A stretch of DNA of 64,000 nt, taken from positions 58,357-122,356 of the forward strand of contig JALHMH010000010.1 in the NCBI GenBank assembly GCA_022844165.1. Reading direction: 5' to 3'. Shown here in pieces: positions 8,774 through 18,919 of the stretch. The notes beneath the pieces were generated by a model that was not told where the DNA came from, searched no databases, and saw only the letters and a program-made list of their open reading frames with translations. Numbering within the stretch: position 1 is the first letter of the stretch; every line of letters starts with the position of its first letter. Origin of the DNA: Lysobacterales bacterium (GTDB lineage: Bacteria; Pseudomonadota; Gammaproteobacteria; Xanthomonadales; SZUA-5). Both the position numbers and the translations under genes were made by a program.

Positions 8774-9827
8774 GAAATTGTTGGTCACGGGTTCGGCCGG
8801 ATTGATCGGCTCGGAAGCTGTCCACCATTTCTCCAGGCTTGGTTGGGATATTCGCGGTATCGACAACAACATGCGCGCAGATTTTTTCGGTGCAGATGGC
8901 GATACCCGTTGGAATCTGGAGCGGTTGTGTCGTCGTTGGCCCGCGTACCGTCATTTCGATCTCGATATCCGCGATCGCCACGCCGTGCTGGCGTTCTTGG
9001 ACGAACACCCGGCGGATCTGATCGTCCACGCTGCTGCGCAACCCTCGCACGATCTCGCGGCAAAGCGACCGTTCGACGATTTCGATGTCAACGCCGTTGG
9101 CACGTTGAATCTGTTGGAGGCCACCCGCCGGTCGTGCCCGGAAGCGACGTTTTGTTATCTGAGCACCAACAAAGTGTACGGCGATGCGCCGAATGAGCTG
9201 CCGCTGATCGAGCTGCCGACGCGCTGGGACTACGCACGCGCCGAAGACCAGCACGGCATTGGCGAAACGATGCGCGTCGACCAGTCCAAACACAGCCTGT
9301 TCGGCGCCAGCAAACTTGCGGCAGATGTGATGGTCCAGGAGTTCGGTCGCTACTTCGGCATGAAGACTGTTTGCTTACGCGGCGGGTGTTTGACCGGTTC
9401 GGCCCACAGCGGTGCTGAGCTGCACGGTTTTCTGGCCTATCTGGCGCGCTGCGTCGTTGAGGGGCGTCCATATCGTGTGTTTGGATATCTGGGAAAACAG
9501 GTGCGCGACAACATTGATGCCAGCGACGTTTGCGCATTCATCGAAGCGTTCCATGCGGCGCCGCGAGTTGGCGAGGTGTACAACATCGGCGGCGGTCGCG
9601 GTAACAGCATTTCAATGCTCGAAGCCATTGCCAAGCTCGAGGCGATCGCCGAGCGCAAGTTGTCCTGGACCTACATTGATGAGCCACGTTCGGGCGATCA
9701 CATTTGCTACATCTCGGATTTGCGCAAGCTGCAAGCGCACTATCCCGAATGGTGCGTCGCAGTGAATCTGGACGACATCCTGAGCAGCATCGTGCGGGTT
9801 TTGATCGAGGAACGCCGTGCGGCCTGA
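8757..9827 (+). CDS. Extended SDR, CDP-tyvelose/paratose 2-epimerase-like NAD-dependent epimerase, 356 aa
   Basis: [12 protein letters not shown] Rossmann motif. LSTNKVYGD...[12 protein letters not shown] aligns by eye with the RfbE-type STNKVYGD...SPYGCSKGAAD. The expected YxxxK motif reads FGASK here. Confidence 0.78.
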   Translation: MRTSDKKLLVTGSAGLIGSEAVHHFSRLGWDIRGIDNNMRADFFGADGDTRWNLERLCRRWPAYRHFDLDIRDRHAVLAFLDEHPADLIVHAAAQPSHDLAAKRPFDDFDVNAVGTLNLLEATRRSCPEATFCYLSTNKVYGDAPNELPLIELPTRWDYARAEDQHGIGETMRVDQSKHSLFGASKLAADVMVQEFGRYFGMKTVCLRGGCLTGSAHSGAELHGFLAYLARCVVEGRPYRVFGYLGKQVRDNIDASDVCAFIEAFHAAPRVGEVYNIGGGRGNSISMLEAIAKLEAIAERKLSWTYIDEPRSGDHICYISDLRKLQAHYPEWCVAVNLDDILSSIVRVLIEERRAA

Positions 9828-11058
9828 GGCATTGCCCAACGTCATCGACGAATCTGCCGAGTTCGCGGCAATGCGGACGCTACCGAATACCTTGCTGGTG
9901 ACCTGCACGCCGCCGGGCCAGAACGGCGTCGGTGCCATCATTCTCGACGATCTGATTCGTTTGTTTCCAAGCGATCGACTGACGGTCGCCGTGGTCGACA
10001 ATTCGGCGACAGCGGCGACGGACGTCCGTCACGGGATTCGCGTCGAGCACTTCGGCCGGCGCTATCGCCTGTCGGGCGGCGCCAGGTTCGGCCGAGTGGG
10101 TCGGGCGCTCGCGACGCCGATTGTTTCGAGTCTCCAGAGGGCGGCAACCAGCGCAAATCTTGTCGCTTTACGATCACTCCTGGCACAGGGGCAATTCGAT
10201 CGCATTTGGTTGGTACTCAGCAGTCCTTGGATCATCGATCTTGCCGCAGAGTTGATGGATGAAGGTGTTCCAGTGGTCGCATTGGTGTGGGACGACGTTG
10301 AGCACAATCTCAACTATTTCGGCGCCAGCTCCGGTACCCGGCGTCGGCTTCGGGCTGGATTCGACGCCGTGATGAAGCGCGCGCACCGGATCGCGGTGAT
10401 CGGCGAATCGATGCGCGACGAATACCGAGCACGCTATGGCCGAGATAGTGTCATCGTTCGCCACGGGTTGGCCCCTGCGTTGCCGATTTCGTACGCCGGC
10501 AGTGGCGATCTGGTGCGGATTGGTTTTGCTGGCAGCGTGACGGCGCGCAGCGCATTCGACCTGCTGCTTTCGACGCTCGATGACATGCATTGGCGAGTTG
10601 CCGCGCGTGACATCGAACTCTGCGTGATGGGCGGCCGATTCGATCTTTGGTCGCGCGTGCCACGGCGAATTCTCTGCCTGGGCTGGCGCGACGTAGCGGA
10701 CACCGTGGCAGAGCTGTCGCGCTGCACCTTCAACTACTTACCGCAACCCTTCGAGAGCGACTGGACAAACTTCGCATCGCTTTCGTTTCCATCGAAGACC
10801 ACAACGTATCTGGCGGCTGGCGCACCGCTGCTGATTCACGCGCCGCCACATGCGTCGCTGCCGCGGTTCGTTGCGGATCATCCAATTGCGCACACGGTTG
10901 ATCGTTTGGACGCGACGTTGCTGCGCGGTGCAATCGAAGATTTGGCAACCGATGCGAATCTCAGGGCGCGATTGTGCGAAGCCGGGCGCATCGCGCTTGA
11001 GCAGGTTTTTTCTCCCGATACCTTCCGGCGTTCGTTTCTGGAGTTTATCGACGCCTGA
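9817..11058 (+). CDS. Putative GT-B-fold glycosyltransferase-like protein, 413 aa (family not recognised)
   Basis: Operon-coupled (GTG 9817 overlaps the upstream gene by 11 nt, and the stop overlaps the asnB-like ATG). The composition is protein-like, and the C-terminal half resembles GT1/GT4 folds (IGFAGSV..., [18 protein letters not shown]) but has no clear EX7E motif. Alternative start ATG 9871. Confidence 0.5.
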   Translation: MRPEALPNVIDESAEFAAMRTLPNTLLVTCTPPGQNGVGAIILDDLIRLFPSDRLTVAVVDNSATAATDVRHGIRVEHFGRRYRLSGGARFGRVGRALATPIVSSLQRAATSANLVALRSLLAQGQFDRIWLVLSSPWIIDLAAELMDEGVPVVALVWDDVEHNLNYFGASSGTRRRLRAGFDAVMKRAHRIAVIGESMRDEYRARYGRDSVIVRHGLAPALPISYAGSGDLVRIGFAGSVTARSAFDLLLSTLDDMHWRVAARDIELCVMGGRFDLWSRVPRRILCLGWRDVADTVAELSRCTFNYLPQPFESDWTNFASLSFPSKTTTYLAAGAPLLIHAPPHASLPRFVADHPIAHTVDRLDATLLRGAIEDLATDANLRARLCEAGRIALEQVFSPDTFRRSFLEFIDA

Positions 11059-12908
11059 TGTGTGGCATTTCCGGGCAGCTTTGGTTCGGCGGCCGCGTGG
11101 CCGATCGCGAACTTGCGTCCGCCATGAACGCCAGACTCGAGCACCGCGGTCCGGATGGCGGTGCAATCCATGTGTCTGGACCGATAGCGCTCGGTCACCG
11201 TCGCTTGGCGATCATCGATCCCAAATCGGGGCAGCAGCCGCTGTACAACGAAGATCGCAAGGTGGTCGCCATTGTCAATGGCGAGATCTACAACTACCGT
11301 GAGTTGCGTCGGCAACTGACCGATCTGGGCCACAGATTTGAGACTGCCGGCGACTGCGAAACGATCGTGCATGGCTATGAGCAGTGGGGCGCGGCAGTCG
11401 TTGAGCGATTGCGCGGCATGTTCGCCTTCGCCCTGTGGGACGAGCGTGCGAATCGGCTGCTGCTGGCGCGAGATCGCTTAGGGATCAAGCCGCTGTGTTA
11501 CACGGTCAACAATCAGCGCCTGTTGTTTGCGTCGGAACTGCAGGCGTTGACCGTTGCGACGGATTTCGACCGCACCGTTGATCTTGATGCGCTGGATGCC
11601 TATCTGCATCTGCAATACATTCCTGCGCCAAAGACGATTTACGCGAACACCCGTAAGCTCGAGCCGGGTCATCTGCTGGAGGCTGACGCGAGCGGACGGA
11701 TATCGCCGGTGCGCCGCTGGTGGACGTTGCGCTGGCAACCAGACCGGCACCGATCCGACGCCGAGTGGGCCGAAGCCACCGATGCTGCATTGAAAGATGC
11801 GGTGCGTTCACACCTGGTGGCAGACGTCTCTTTCGGCGCTTTTTTGTCCGGCGGTGTTGATTCAAGTACGGTCGTGGCGTACGCGGCAGAAGCGCTGGCT
11901 ACGCCTTTGACGACATTCACGATCGGCTTCGACGTTCCATCGTTGGACGAACGCGCCGAGGCACGGCGCTTTGCCGAGGTCGCTCAGACTCGTCATCAGG
12001 AACAGCTGGTTGGCGTCGACGCCCTGGCGCTATTGCCGTCCATCGCACGACATTATGGCGAACCGTTCGCCGACAGCTCAGCGGTGTGCACCTGGCGCGT
12101 CTGCGAGCAAGCGCGGCGCGAAATGCCTATGGTGCTTTCTGGCGACGGCGGCGACGAAGTGTTTGCCGGTTACGACTATTTCCCGAAGCTCGTAGAAACC
12201 TATCCGGAACGCGCCGGACTGCTTGCGGTGAAGCGACGGATCGGTAATCTGCTGCGCGCGGTGGGCGCCATCACAGCCGCCCCTACATTGAGCGATGCCT
12301 GGTACGGGCGTTCTCCATTTTTCGGCGATCCGGCGCGGCGTCTGTTGTGGCGCACGGAGCATCGCACGCGCACCGAGGCAACACGTGTGTGGAACGCCAC
12401 GCAGTTCTCATCGAATGTTGGGCTCGATACCCTGGCGCGCGCCCAGGATGTCGATCTCAAGACCTATTTGCCGAACAACAATCTGGCGAAGGTCGATATC
12501 GCCAGCATGGCCAACGGGCTAGAGGTGCGAGTCCCGCTGCTTGATCATTTGCTCGTCGAGACCATCGCGTCAATGCCTGCGTCGCAACGTCTGCGCAAGA
12601 CCGAGAACGGCTGGTGCACAAAGTTCGCGCTGAAGACTGCCGCGAACCGCTTCTACCCATGGGATTGGCTCAACACCAACAAACGCGGATTCTCGGTTCC
12701 CGTCGGTCACTGGATGAGCGCTATGGGCGGCGAGTTGCGGTCGCGATTGAGCGATTCTCGTGGCCCGGTGCATCAGTTGTTCGAGCCCAATGTGGTGAAT
12801 CAGTTACTCAATGAGCATGCCGCTGGACAAGATCATGGTCATCGTCTCTGGAGCCTGCTGGTGCTCGACGAATGGCATCGTCAGTTTGGAAGTGGTTCGC
12901 AAGCATGA
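11058..12908 (+). CDS. Asparagine synthase-like glutamine amidotransferase (WbpS/AsnB-type), 616 aa
   Basis: N-terminal MCGI provides the Cys2 Ntn nucleophile. HRGPDG motif. PP-loop FLSGGVDSS. Full two-domain AsnB length. Confidence 0.9.
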   Translation: MCGISGQLWFGGRVADRELASAMNARLEHRGPDGGAIHVSGPIALGHRRLAIIDPKSGQQPLYNEDRKVVAIVNGEIYNYRELRRQLTDLGHRFETAGDCETIVHGYEQWGAAVVERLRGMFAFALWDERANRLLLARDRLGIKPLCYTVNNQRLLFASELQALTVATDFDRTVDLDALDAYLHLQYIPAPKTIYANTRKLEPGHLLEADASGRISPVRRWWTLRWQPDRHRSDAEWAEATDAALKDAVRSHLVADVSFGAFLSGGVDSSTVVAYAAEALATPLTTFTIGFDVPSLDERAEARRFAEVAQTRHQEQLVGVDALALLPSIARHYGEPFADSSAVCTWRVCEQARREMPMVLSGDGGDEVFAGYDYFPKLVETYPERAGLLAVKRRIGNLLRAVGAITAAPTLSDAWYGRSPFFGDPARRLLWRTEHRTRTEATRVWNATQFSSNVGLDTLARAQDVDLKTYLPNNNLAKVDIASMANGLEVRVPLLDHLLVETIASMPASQRLRKTENGWCTKFALKTAANRFYPWDWLNTNKRGFSVPVGHWMSAMGGELRSRLSDSRGPVHQLFEPNVVNQLLNEHAAGQDHGHRLWSLLVLDEWHRQFGSGSQA

Positions 12909-14158
12909 GGATTGCCCACGTGCACGCCTCCGATTTGGGCGGTGGCGCGGAGCGCAGTGTTGTTTCGCTGCACCATGCGCTACGGGCGTTGGGCCATACC
13001 TCAACGGTATTTGTCGGCGAGCGGCGCACTGACGAAAAGGGCGTGGTCGAGATCCCCTACGTGCGTGGTGTGCCGGGACTACGTCGACTGGCGCGAAGCC
13101 TCGAGCGGTGGGGTGGCTGGCAGGATATTTACAACCCAAGTTTTCGCGGCCTGGCAGCGCAGTTGGGTGAATACGATGTCATCCACTTCCATTCGTTGTG
13201 GGGGTCGCAGGGTTACGCCGATCTGGCGGCGCTGCCAGCGATGACCGCGCGCGTACCGGGCGTACTCACGCTGCGGGACGAGTGGATGCTCACCGGACAT
13301 TGCGCCTATTCGTTTCAGTGCCGGCGCTGGCAAATCGGATGCGGCCGATGTCCGGACCTGTCGATACCACCGGCCGTGAGGCGAGATGGAACCGCGTTCA
13401 ACTGGCGCCGGAAGAAGCGCTTGATCGGGCGGTCGCGCGTGCACGTGGTAGCCATTTCCGACCATATGAAGCGCTTGGCCGAAGCCAGCCCAATACTCTC
13501 GCAGCATCCAATCTCGCGTATCTACAACGGCATCAATGTCGATTGCTTTCGGCCGCTGGGTGATCCGCAGCGTAACCGCGAGCGGTCGGTGCTCGGTTAC
13601 AGCGAATCCGACTTCGTCGTCATCATTGCCGGGCAGACAGTCGAAGGCATTCGTCAGCGCATTGCCAGCCATCATGCGATCGCCGCACTCGATGCGTTCG
13701 CATCGTCCTGTGCGTCGTTGCGCGTTCTGGTCGTCGGCCATTCGGCTGAGCGGGTTGCGGCGGCAATTGCGGCCCCATGCCAACGCCTGCCGTTCCAAGA
13801 CGACCCGGCGACCATGGCGCGATTGTTCGCGGCGGCGGATGTTTGTCTGGTGACGAGCGAAGTCGAAGCCTTCGGTCGAATCGGTGCTGAAGCGCAAGCC
13901 TGCGGCACGCCAGTGGTAGCGTTGGCCGTCGGCGGAATTCCTGAAGTCGTTGTCGACGGCGTCGGCGGATTCGCCGTGCCACCATCCAGCCCCAGTGGCT
14001 TGACAGAAGCTCTGCTGAAATTGACCGACGCAGATTTGCGGCGTCGGCTCGCGGCCGATGGGCGTGCGCACGTCGAGAAGAATTTCGATCAGCGGCAGGT
14101 TGCCGTTGCCTATCTCAGTTTGTACCAACGGGTTGCAGAGCGTGACACGCAGCATTGA
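12905..14158 (+). CDS. Glycosyltransferase family 4 (GT-B), 417 aa
   Basis: ATGA overlap. N-terminus MRIAHVHASDLGGGAE. EX7E region EAFGRIGAEAQACGTPVV. Confidence 0.85.
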   Translation: MRIAHVHASDLGGGAERSVVSLHHALRALGHTSTVFVGERRTDEKGVVEIPYVRGVPGLRRLARSLERWGGWQDIYNPSFRGLAAQLGEYDVIHFHSLWGSQGYADLAALPAMTARVPGVLTLRDEWMLTGHCAYSFQCRRWQIGCGRCPDLSIPPAVRRDGTAFNWRRKKRLIGRSRVHVVAISDHMKRLAEASPILSQHPISRIYNGINVDCFRPLGDPQRNRERSVLGYSESDFVVIIAGQTVEGIRQRIASHHAIAALDAFASSCASLRVLVVGHSAERVAAAIAAPCQRLPFQDDPATMARLFAAADVCLVTSEVEAFGRIGAEAQACGTPVVALAVGGIPEVVVDGVGGFAVPPSSPSGLTEALLKLTDADLRRRLAADGRAHVEKNFDQRQVAVAYLSLYQRVAERDTQH

Positions 14159-15083
14159 CGTCGTAATTCCGGCGTTCAACGCCGAGCGCTATCTCGAACG
14201 CGCGATCGAGTCGGTGCTGGCACTTGGCCGCGATGCCTTGCGGGTGCTGATCGTCGACGACGGATCCTCCGATCAGACGTCAAGAATCGCACAGCGCTTT
14301 GCGGACCGCTGGCCAGCACAATGTCGACTGCTTCGCTGCAGCGAGAATCGTGGTGTCAGCGCCGCCAGGAACATTGGAATCCAGGCGGCTACGGCCCAGT
14401 TCATTGCATTTCTCGACGCCGACGACGTGTATTTGCCGAACCGCTTTGCCAGCTTCGATGCGCTTGATGATGAGGCATTGCAGCGCATCGACGGCATCTA
14501 CCAAAGTGCGCGCATTGTGCCGGAGGGTGAAAGAGACCTGGATGGTGGCACGGGCGACGGAACGACGTTCGGTATCGTGCGCCCGTTGTTCGGTCCAGCG
14601 CTGCTGGCGGAGTTGCTGACGGGCTATTGCTGGGCCACCAGCGCGATTGTGATACGGCGTTCCGTGTTCGCACAATGCGGTGTTTTCGACCCCGCCAGGA
14701 AGATCGCCGAGGATTGCCATTTGTGGTTTCGCCTGGCCACCTTCGCAGCGCTTCGCGCCGGAGCGATGGACGAGCCAGTGAGCGTGTATTGGCGACACGC
14801 TGAAAACACCTTTGTGCCGCGCATTGAGCACCGTTTGCCGATGCTGGATGCGATGCTGGATGCATGGCGATATGCGGCAACGAACCGGGCACCGGTGGCG
14901 ATGCTCCGCACTTACGCCGAAGCTGTGCCGCGTTATGCGCTACGCAGTGTGATTGCCGCCCGCGAAGCGAATGCGCCAGTTGTCGCAAGACAGTTACTGA
15001 TGCGGTTGGCCAGATCCAGGCCGCGTACCGCGATCGGCGCGGAGTTTCTCAGGCAAGCCTGGGCTTTGGCGCGCGCCGCGTGA
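14142..15083 (+). CDS. Glycosyltransferase family 2, about 313 aa
   Basis: IDVVIPAFNAERYLERAIESV...VLIVDDGSSDQT and FLDADD (DxD). The GTG 14142 start is approximate. Confidence 0.8.
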   Translation: MTRSIDVVIPAFNAERYLERAIESVLALGRDALRVLIVDDGSSDQTSRIAQRFADRWPAQCRLLRCSENRGVSAARNIGIQAATAQFIAFLDADDVYLPNRFASFDALDDEALQRIDGIYQSARIVPEGERDLDGGTGDGTTFGIVRPLFGPALLAELLTGYCWATSAIVIRRSVFAQCGVFDPARKIAEDCHLWFRLATFAALRAGAMDEPVSVYWRHAENTFVPRIEHRLPMLDAMLDAWRYAATNRAPVAMLRTYAEAVPRYALRSVIAAREANAPVVARQLLMRLARSRPRTAIGAEFLRQAWALARAA

Positions 15084-15120
15084 GGGCAAATCCCGTCGCG
15101 AACAGTGACGCCAAGTCATC

Positions 15121-15990
15121 GTGAAAACGATTGCCCGTTGGGTCATTCGGACGATCGTATATGGTTATCTGTACCGCAAGAGGTGGACGATGCCCACTGC
15201 GGAAAAGTGGGCGGAGCGATTCAAGTCCTGGCCGGCATTTTTTGCGCAGTGGCCTTTCCTTAAACGCGCCCAGGTACATGGCGGTGCGCTTATGGAGCTT
15301 GGGTTGGTCGATGTCATTGAGCGCAACCTTCTGGTCACCGGTCATTGGGAAACGCATATTGAGAAGGCGCTTGAGAAATTGCTTCGCCCCGGCGATTGTT
15401 TCGTCGATGTCGGAAGCAATATCGGGCACTTCAGTTTATTGGCATCGCGCTTGGTGGGCGCTTCGGGTTGCGTGCTTGCCATCGAGCCCTGTTGGCAGAG
15501 TCTCGCAAAACTGGCGCGGCACCTTTCGCTGAACGCGGTTGAGAACGTGTACCTATTGGCTTGCGCAAGCGGGGCAGCTGTTGGCGACGGTGGTATTGCC
15601 TTCCTGACAGGCAACAATGCTGGCGCGGCGACGATGCGTGACACCGCCGTCGGCCAGGGGCGCCAACGGGTATTGATCGAACCGTTAGACGACTGCTTAG
15701 AGGGCCATGGAATTCGGCCGAACTTGGTCAAGATCGATGTCGAAGGGTTCGAGCTTAAAGCGCTTCGTGGTTTGCAACGCTGCCTCGCGCGCGACCGGCC
15801 CATCGTGCTGCTGGAACTGACACCTGGGTTCTTGCAGCAAGCTGGCGATAATGCCCAGCAGTTGTTGCGGTTCATGGCGGGACACGGCTATCGCTGCGAG
15901 TCGCTCCTTGATGAGCGCCGCATTGAACCCGGCGAATCGGGATTAGAGCAGCTGGGTCAGATCGACGTGGTTTTTCTGCCGGCTCATTGA
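15121..15990 (+). CDS. FkbM-family methyltransferase, 289 aa
   Basis: CFVDVGSNIGHFSL and [16 protein letters not shown] motifs. Confidence 0.8.
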   Translation: MKTIARWVIRTIVYGYLYRKRWTMPTAEKWAERFKSWPAFFAQWPFLKRAQVHGGALMELGLVDVIERNLLVTGHWETHIEKALEKLLRPGDCFVDVGSNIGHFSLLASRLVGASGCVLAIEPCWQSLAKLARHLSLNAVENVYLLACASGAAVGDGGIAFLTGNNAGAATMRDTAVGQGRQRVLIEPLDDCLEGHGIRPNLVKIDVEGFELKALRGLQRCLARDRPIVLLELTPGFLQQAGDNAQQLLRFMAGHGYRCESLLDERRIEPGESGLEQLGQIDVVFLPAH

Positions 15991-17147
15991 TGGCATTCGA
16001 TACTCTGCGCGATTGGCTGGAAGTCGGAAGGCTCGAAAAGGCGCTTGCAGCTCTCGGGCGTCTCAGTCGCCCGCGCATTGCCTTTGTCAAACAGGACTGC
16101 AATGAGGATCTCTACTGCTGCGCGCCGGAATGCAACGTGGCAACGATGTTGCAAAGCACACTGTTGCGCTCCGGGCCGATCAGTTTGTTTGCCGAATTTG
16201 GCGCGAAATTCCTGATCGTGGCGACTGACGCCGCACCCGAGTGCTCGATCTGGCGTGAAAAAAGTGATGCCCTGAACTGGGCTCCAGCGGATTGGTTCTT
16301 GTCCTTCCAGAAGCACGTGCCCGGCCGGGACCACGGACAGTCGGCGTTCGCGCGCGCGGTGGACGATGTCGACTGGTCGCAATTCGACCTCGTCATCAGC
16401 GTGGACGTGGCGGTACCTGCGCGCGTCACAAAACGGTTCCCGCAAGTCGTTTGGGCGTACTACGTGCGCGAGCTGAAAGCGCCCAGTTACGCGCGTTCGA
16501 TGGCTGCGCCGATCATTGGCCAGGATCTCTACCTGAGCCAGAACTTCACGCCGCGACGCTCGGCGCATGCGCCGCACGTGATCGACTTTCCTTACCACTT
16601 CCAACGCTGCGGCGTGTTCCACAGAATCCACGCGCTGCCATGGACAGCCGAGCGCCGCGGTGTGTTCGTCGAGTACCACACGGCACGCGAAATGCGCGAC
16701 GAAGAGCTGCGTGCGCTGGAACACTTCGGCCCGGTGTTTGCGAGGCGCGTTTGTGACGACGTTCTCGACGGTTCTGAGCGAATTCCGCATCGAAGCATGG
16801 TCGACCCCGACTTTAAGGCGCTGTCTGCCGCGAAATACCATGTCAAATGGGGCGGCCGGAGCACCTTCGGAACCGCGAAAGTTGAGGCGATCGCAGCCGG
16901 CTGCGTCGCGTTGACTGATCCGGCGCTGGATGCAACGTCCTTCCTGCATCGCCGCCATTCCCTCGCGCGCGGATTCAGCGAATTGATCCAACGCCTCGAC
17001 GCATTCGAATCCGCGCCCTCGATACTGGAACGCGAGCGCGAACGGCAACGTCGCCTTGTCGACTATCTTTGTTTTGCCCGACCGGCGATGGATCTGATCG
17101 GCGCCTGGCAACGCATTCGTACGACCCGCCGGCCCACCATCCATTGA
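15990..17147 (+). CDS. Hypothetical protein, 385 aa (no family recognised)
   Basis: The start overlaps the upstream stop (TGATG). It is co-directional in the coupled operon and has balanced amino-acid composition. The equal-length antisense ORF 15984..17144 is Arg/Ala-rich and rejected. Confidence 0.55.
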   Translation: MAFDTLRDWLEVGRLEKALAALGRLSRPRIAFVKQDCNEDLYCCAPECNVATMLQSTLLRSGPISLFAEFGAKFLIVATDAAPECSIWREKSDALNWAPADWFLSFQKHVPGRDHGQSAFARAVDDVDWSQFDLVISVDVAVPARVTKRFPQVVWAYYVRELKAPSYARSMAAPIIGQDLYLSQNFTPRRSAHAPHVIDFPYHFQRCGVFHRIHALPWTAERRGVFVEYHTAREMRDEELRALEHFGPVFARRVCDDVLDGSERIPHRSMVDPDFKALSAAKYHVKWGGRSTFGTAKVEAIAAGCVALTDPALDATSFLHRRHSLARGFSELIQRLDAFESAPSILERERERQRRLVDYLCFARPAMDLIGAWQRIRTTRRPTIH

Positions 17148-17160
17148 GGAGCGCCCACGC

Positions 17161-17901
17161 GTGAACCCAAAACACTTGCTGCCTGCGTCACTTCGCGAAG
17201 TGCTGCGGCCGTCCTATCAGCGCGCGGTGCGGACCTGGCGGGAGAGTCGCTGGTCGCCGACGCCGCGCGAATGGCTGGCCGGGCGCGCCAGCGCGTGGGC
17301 AAACACGTCGCCCGAAGCGCTGCTGGAGCAGGCCGGGACCGAGTTTGGCATCACCCAGGTGCCGTTCGAGATTTTGGGTCTGTTGGCGAAGCTGCGAGTG
17401 CTGCAGCCAAAGACCATCGTCGAGGTCGGAACACACAAGGGTGGCAATTCGTTCTTGTTCTGCCATGCACTCAGTAGCGCTGAACGGATCGTGGGCGTCG
17501 ATCTGTGCGTGCAGAATGCAGCGAAGCTGATCCACTACGCACGGCCGCAGCAGCGCTATTTCGCTCTGCACGGCGATTCGCAAACTACTCAGATGAAGGC
17601 GCGCGTCGAGCAGCGTTTGGCGGGCCGTGTTGTCGATTTTCTGTTTATCGATGGCGATCACAGTTACGCGGGCGTCAAGGCCGATTTCGAACTGTATGCG
17701 CCCCTGGTTCGCCGCGGTGGGATCATCGCGCTGCACGACATCGTTGCCGATCACCGCACGCGTTTTGGGCGCGACACTGGCTGCTACGCGGGTGAGGTGT
17801 ATCAATACTGGGCGGAGTTGAAAGCACGTTATCGCAACGAGGAGTTGGTGCGCGACCCGGAGCAGGATGGTTTTGGCATCGGGGTCGTGTATGTCGACTA
17901 A
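17161..17901 (+). CDS. Class I SAM methyltransferase (Methyltransf_24 / CmcI-like O-methyltransferase), 246 aa
   Basis: GAGGAG Shine-Dalgarno 9 nt before GTG 17161. TIVEVGTHKGGNSFLF, FLFIDGDHSYAGVKADF and GGIIALHDI motifs. Confidence 0.75.
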   Translation: MNPKHLLPASLREVLRPSYQRAVRTWRESRWSPTPREWLAGRASAWANTSPEALLEQAGTEFGITQVPFEILGLLAKLRVLQPKTIVEVGTHKGGNSFLFCHALSSAERIVGVDLCVQNAAKLIHYARPQQRYFALHGDSQTTQMKARVEQRLAGRVVDFLFIDGDHSYAGVKADFELYAPLVRRGGIIALHDIVADHRTRFGRDTGCYAGEVYQYWAELKARYRNEELVRDPEQDGFGIGVVYVD

Positions 17902-18919
17902 GTTGGTGGCTGTTATCACGACGATCCAGGCGCCGACGCCTGCCGTTCGCCAGTTGGTCGAGCGATTGGTGCCGCTGGAAGCGCTGCTGATCGCCATCGG
18001 CGATCGCAAAGGGCCGGCGGCGTTCGCTCTGGACGGTACGGAGTTCTTCGATCTGGCGCGACAGCTGGCCTCGCCATTCGATCTCGCGCGGCGCGGGCCC
18101 GTCGGACACTACACGCGCAAGAACGTCGGCTACCTCGAAGCGATCGCTCGCGGCGCACAATGCATCTACGAGACCGACGACGATAACGCACCTCTGCCAG
18201 TCTGGTGCGCGCGCGACGCTGCGGTGCCGGCGTACGACGTCGAAGCGCGTGGCTGGGTCAACGCATACCGTTGTTTTACGAGCGAGCGCATCTGGCCCAG
18301 AGGCTTGCCATTGGGCGAGATCGTGCCGTCGATGGCAGGCCCCGTGACGCTGGCAGCGCAACCTGTGATATCGCGAGCAGCGATCCAGCAAGGCTTGGCC
18401 AACGGTTCACCCGATGTGGACGCGGTCTGGCGATTGACCATCGATGCGCCGATCGTCTTCGACGACGCGCCGAGCGTGCGCCTGCCGCCGGGCGCGTGGT
18501 GTCCGTTCAACAGCCAAAGCACCTGGTGGTGGCCGGAAGCATTTCCGCTGCTGTACCTGCCCAGTTTCTGCTCGTTTCGAATGACCGATATCTGGCGCAG
18601 TTTCGTTGCGCAGCGCTGTGTGTGGGCGCTGGGGCAGGGCGTTGTCTTCCACACTGCTGAAGTGGTCCAGGATCGCAACGAGCACGACCTGATGCGGGAT
18701 TTCAACGATGAGATTCCGGGTTACCAGGGCAACCAACGTATCCGGCAAGTGTTGGAGACCCTCGACCTGCCGGCTGGTGGGGAAAACGTCGGTGCCAATC
18801 TGCAGCACTGTTATCGCGCTCTGGTGGCTGCCGGCTTTTTCTCGAACGAGGAGTTGCAACTCGTTGATACCTGGCTTGCCGATCTCGATCGGGCGCATCG
18901 GCGGGAGGCATCCGTTTGA
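17891..18919 (+). CDS. DUF288/STELLO-like putative glycosyltransferase, 342 aa
   Basis: LVAVITTIQAPT N-terminus and YETDDDN acidic motif, recalled from STELLO/DUF288 proteins. The assignment is from memory only. Confidence 0.5.
   Translation: MSTKLVAVITTIQAPTPAVRQLVERLVPLEALLIAIGDRKGPAAFALDGTEFFDLARQLASPFDLARRGPVGHYTRKNVGYLEAIARGAQCIYETDDDNAPLPVWCARDAAVPAYDVEARGWVNAYRCFTSERIWPRGLPLGEIVPSMAGPVTLAAQPVISRAAIQQGLANGSPDVDAVWRLTIDAPIVFDDAPSVRLPPGAWCPFNSQSTWWWPEAFPLLYLPSFCSFRMTDIWRSFVAQRCVWALGQGVVFHTAEVVQDRNEHDLMRDFNDEIPGYQGNQRIRQVLETLDLPAGGENVGANLQHCYRALVAAGFFSNEELQLVDTWLADLDRAHRREASV

Noticed and set aside
15984-17144. 386-aa - strand ORF that mirrors the + strand ORF 15987-17147 almost exactly
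   Set aside because: It is Arg-rich (RRxxRR runs) and would interrupt a uniformly + strand, overlap-coupled operon. The + frame has balanced composition and a coupled start. Because neither frame has a known family, the + strand call is only moderately confident.
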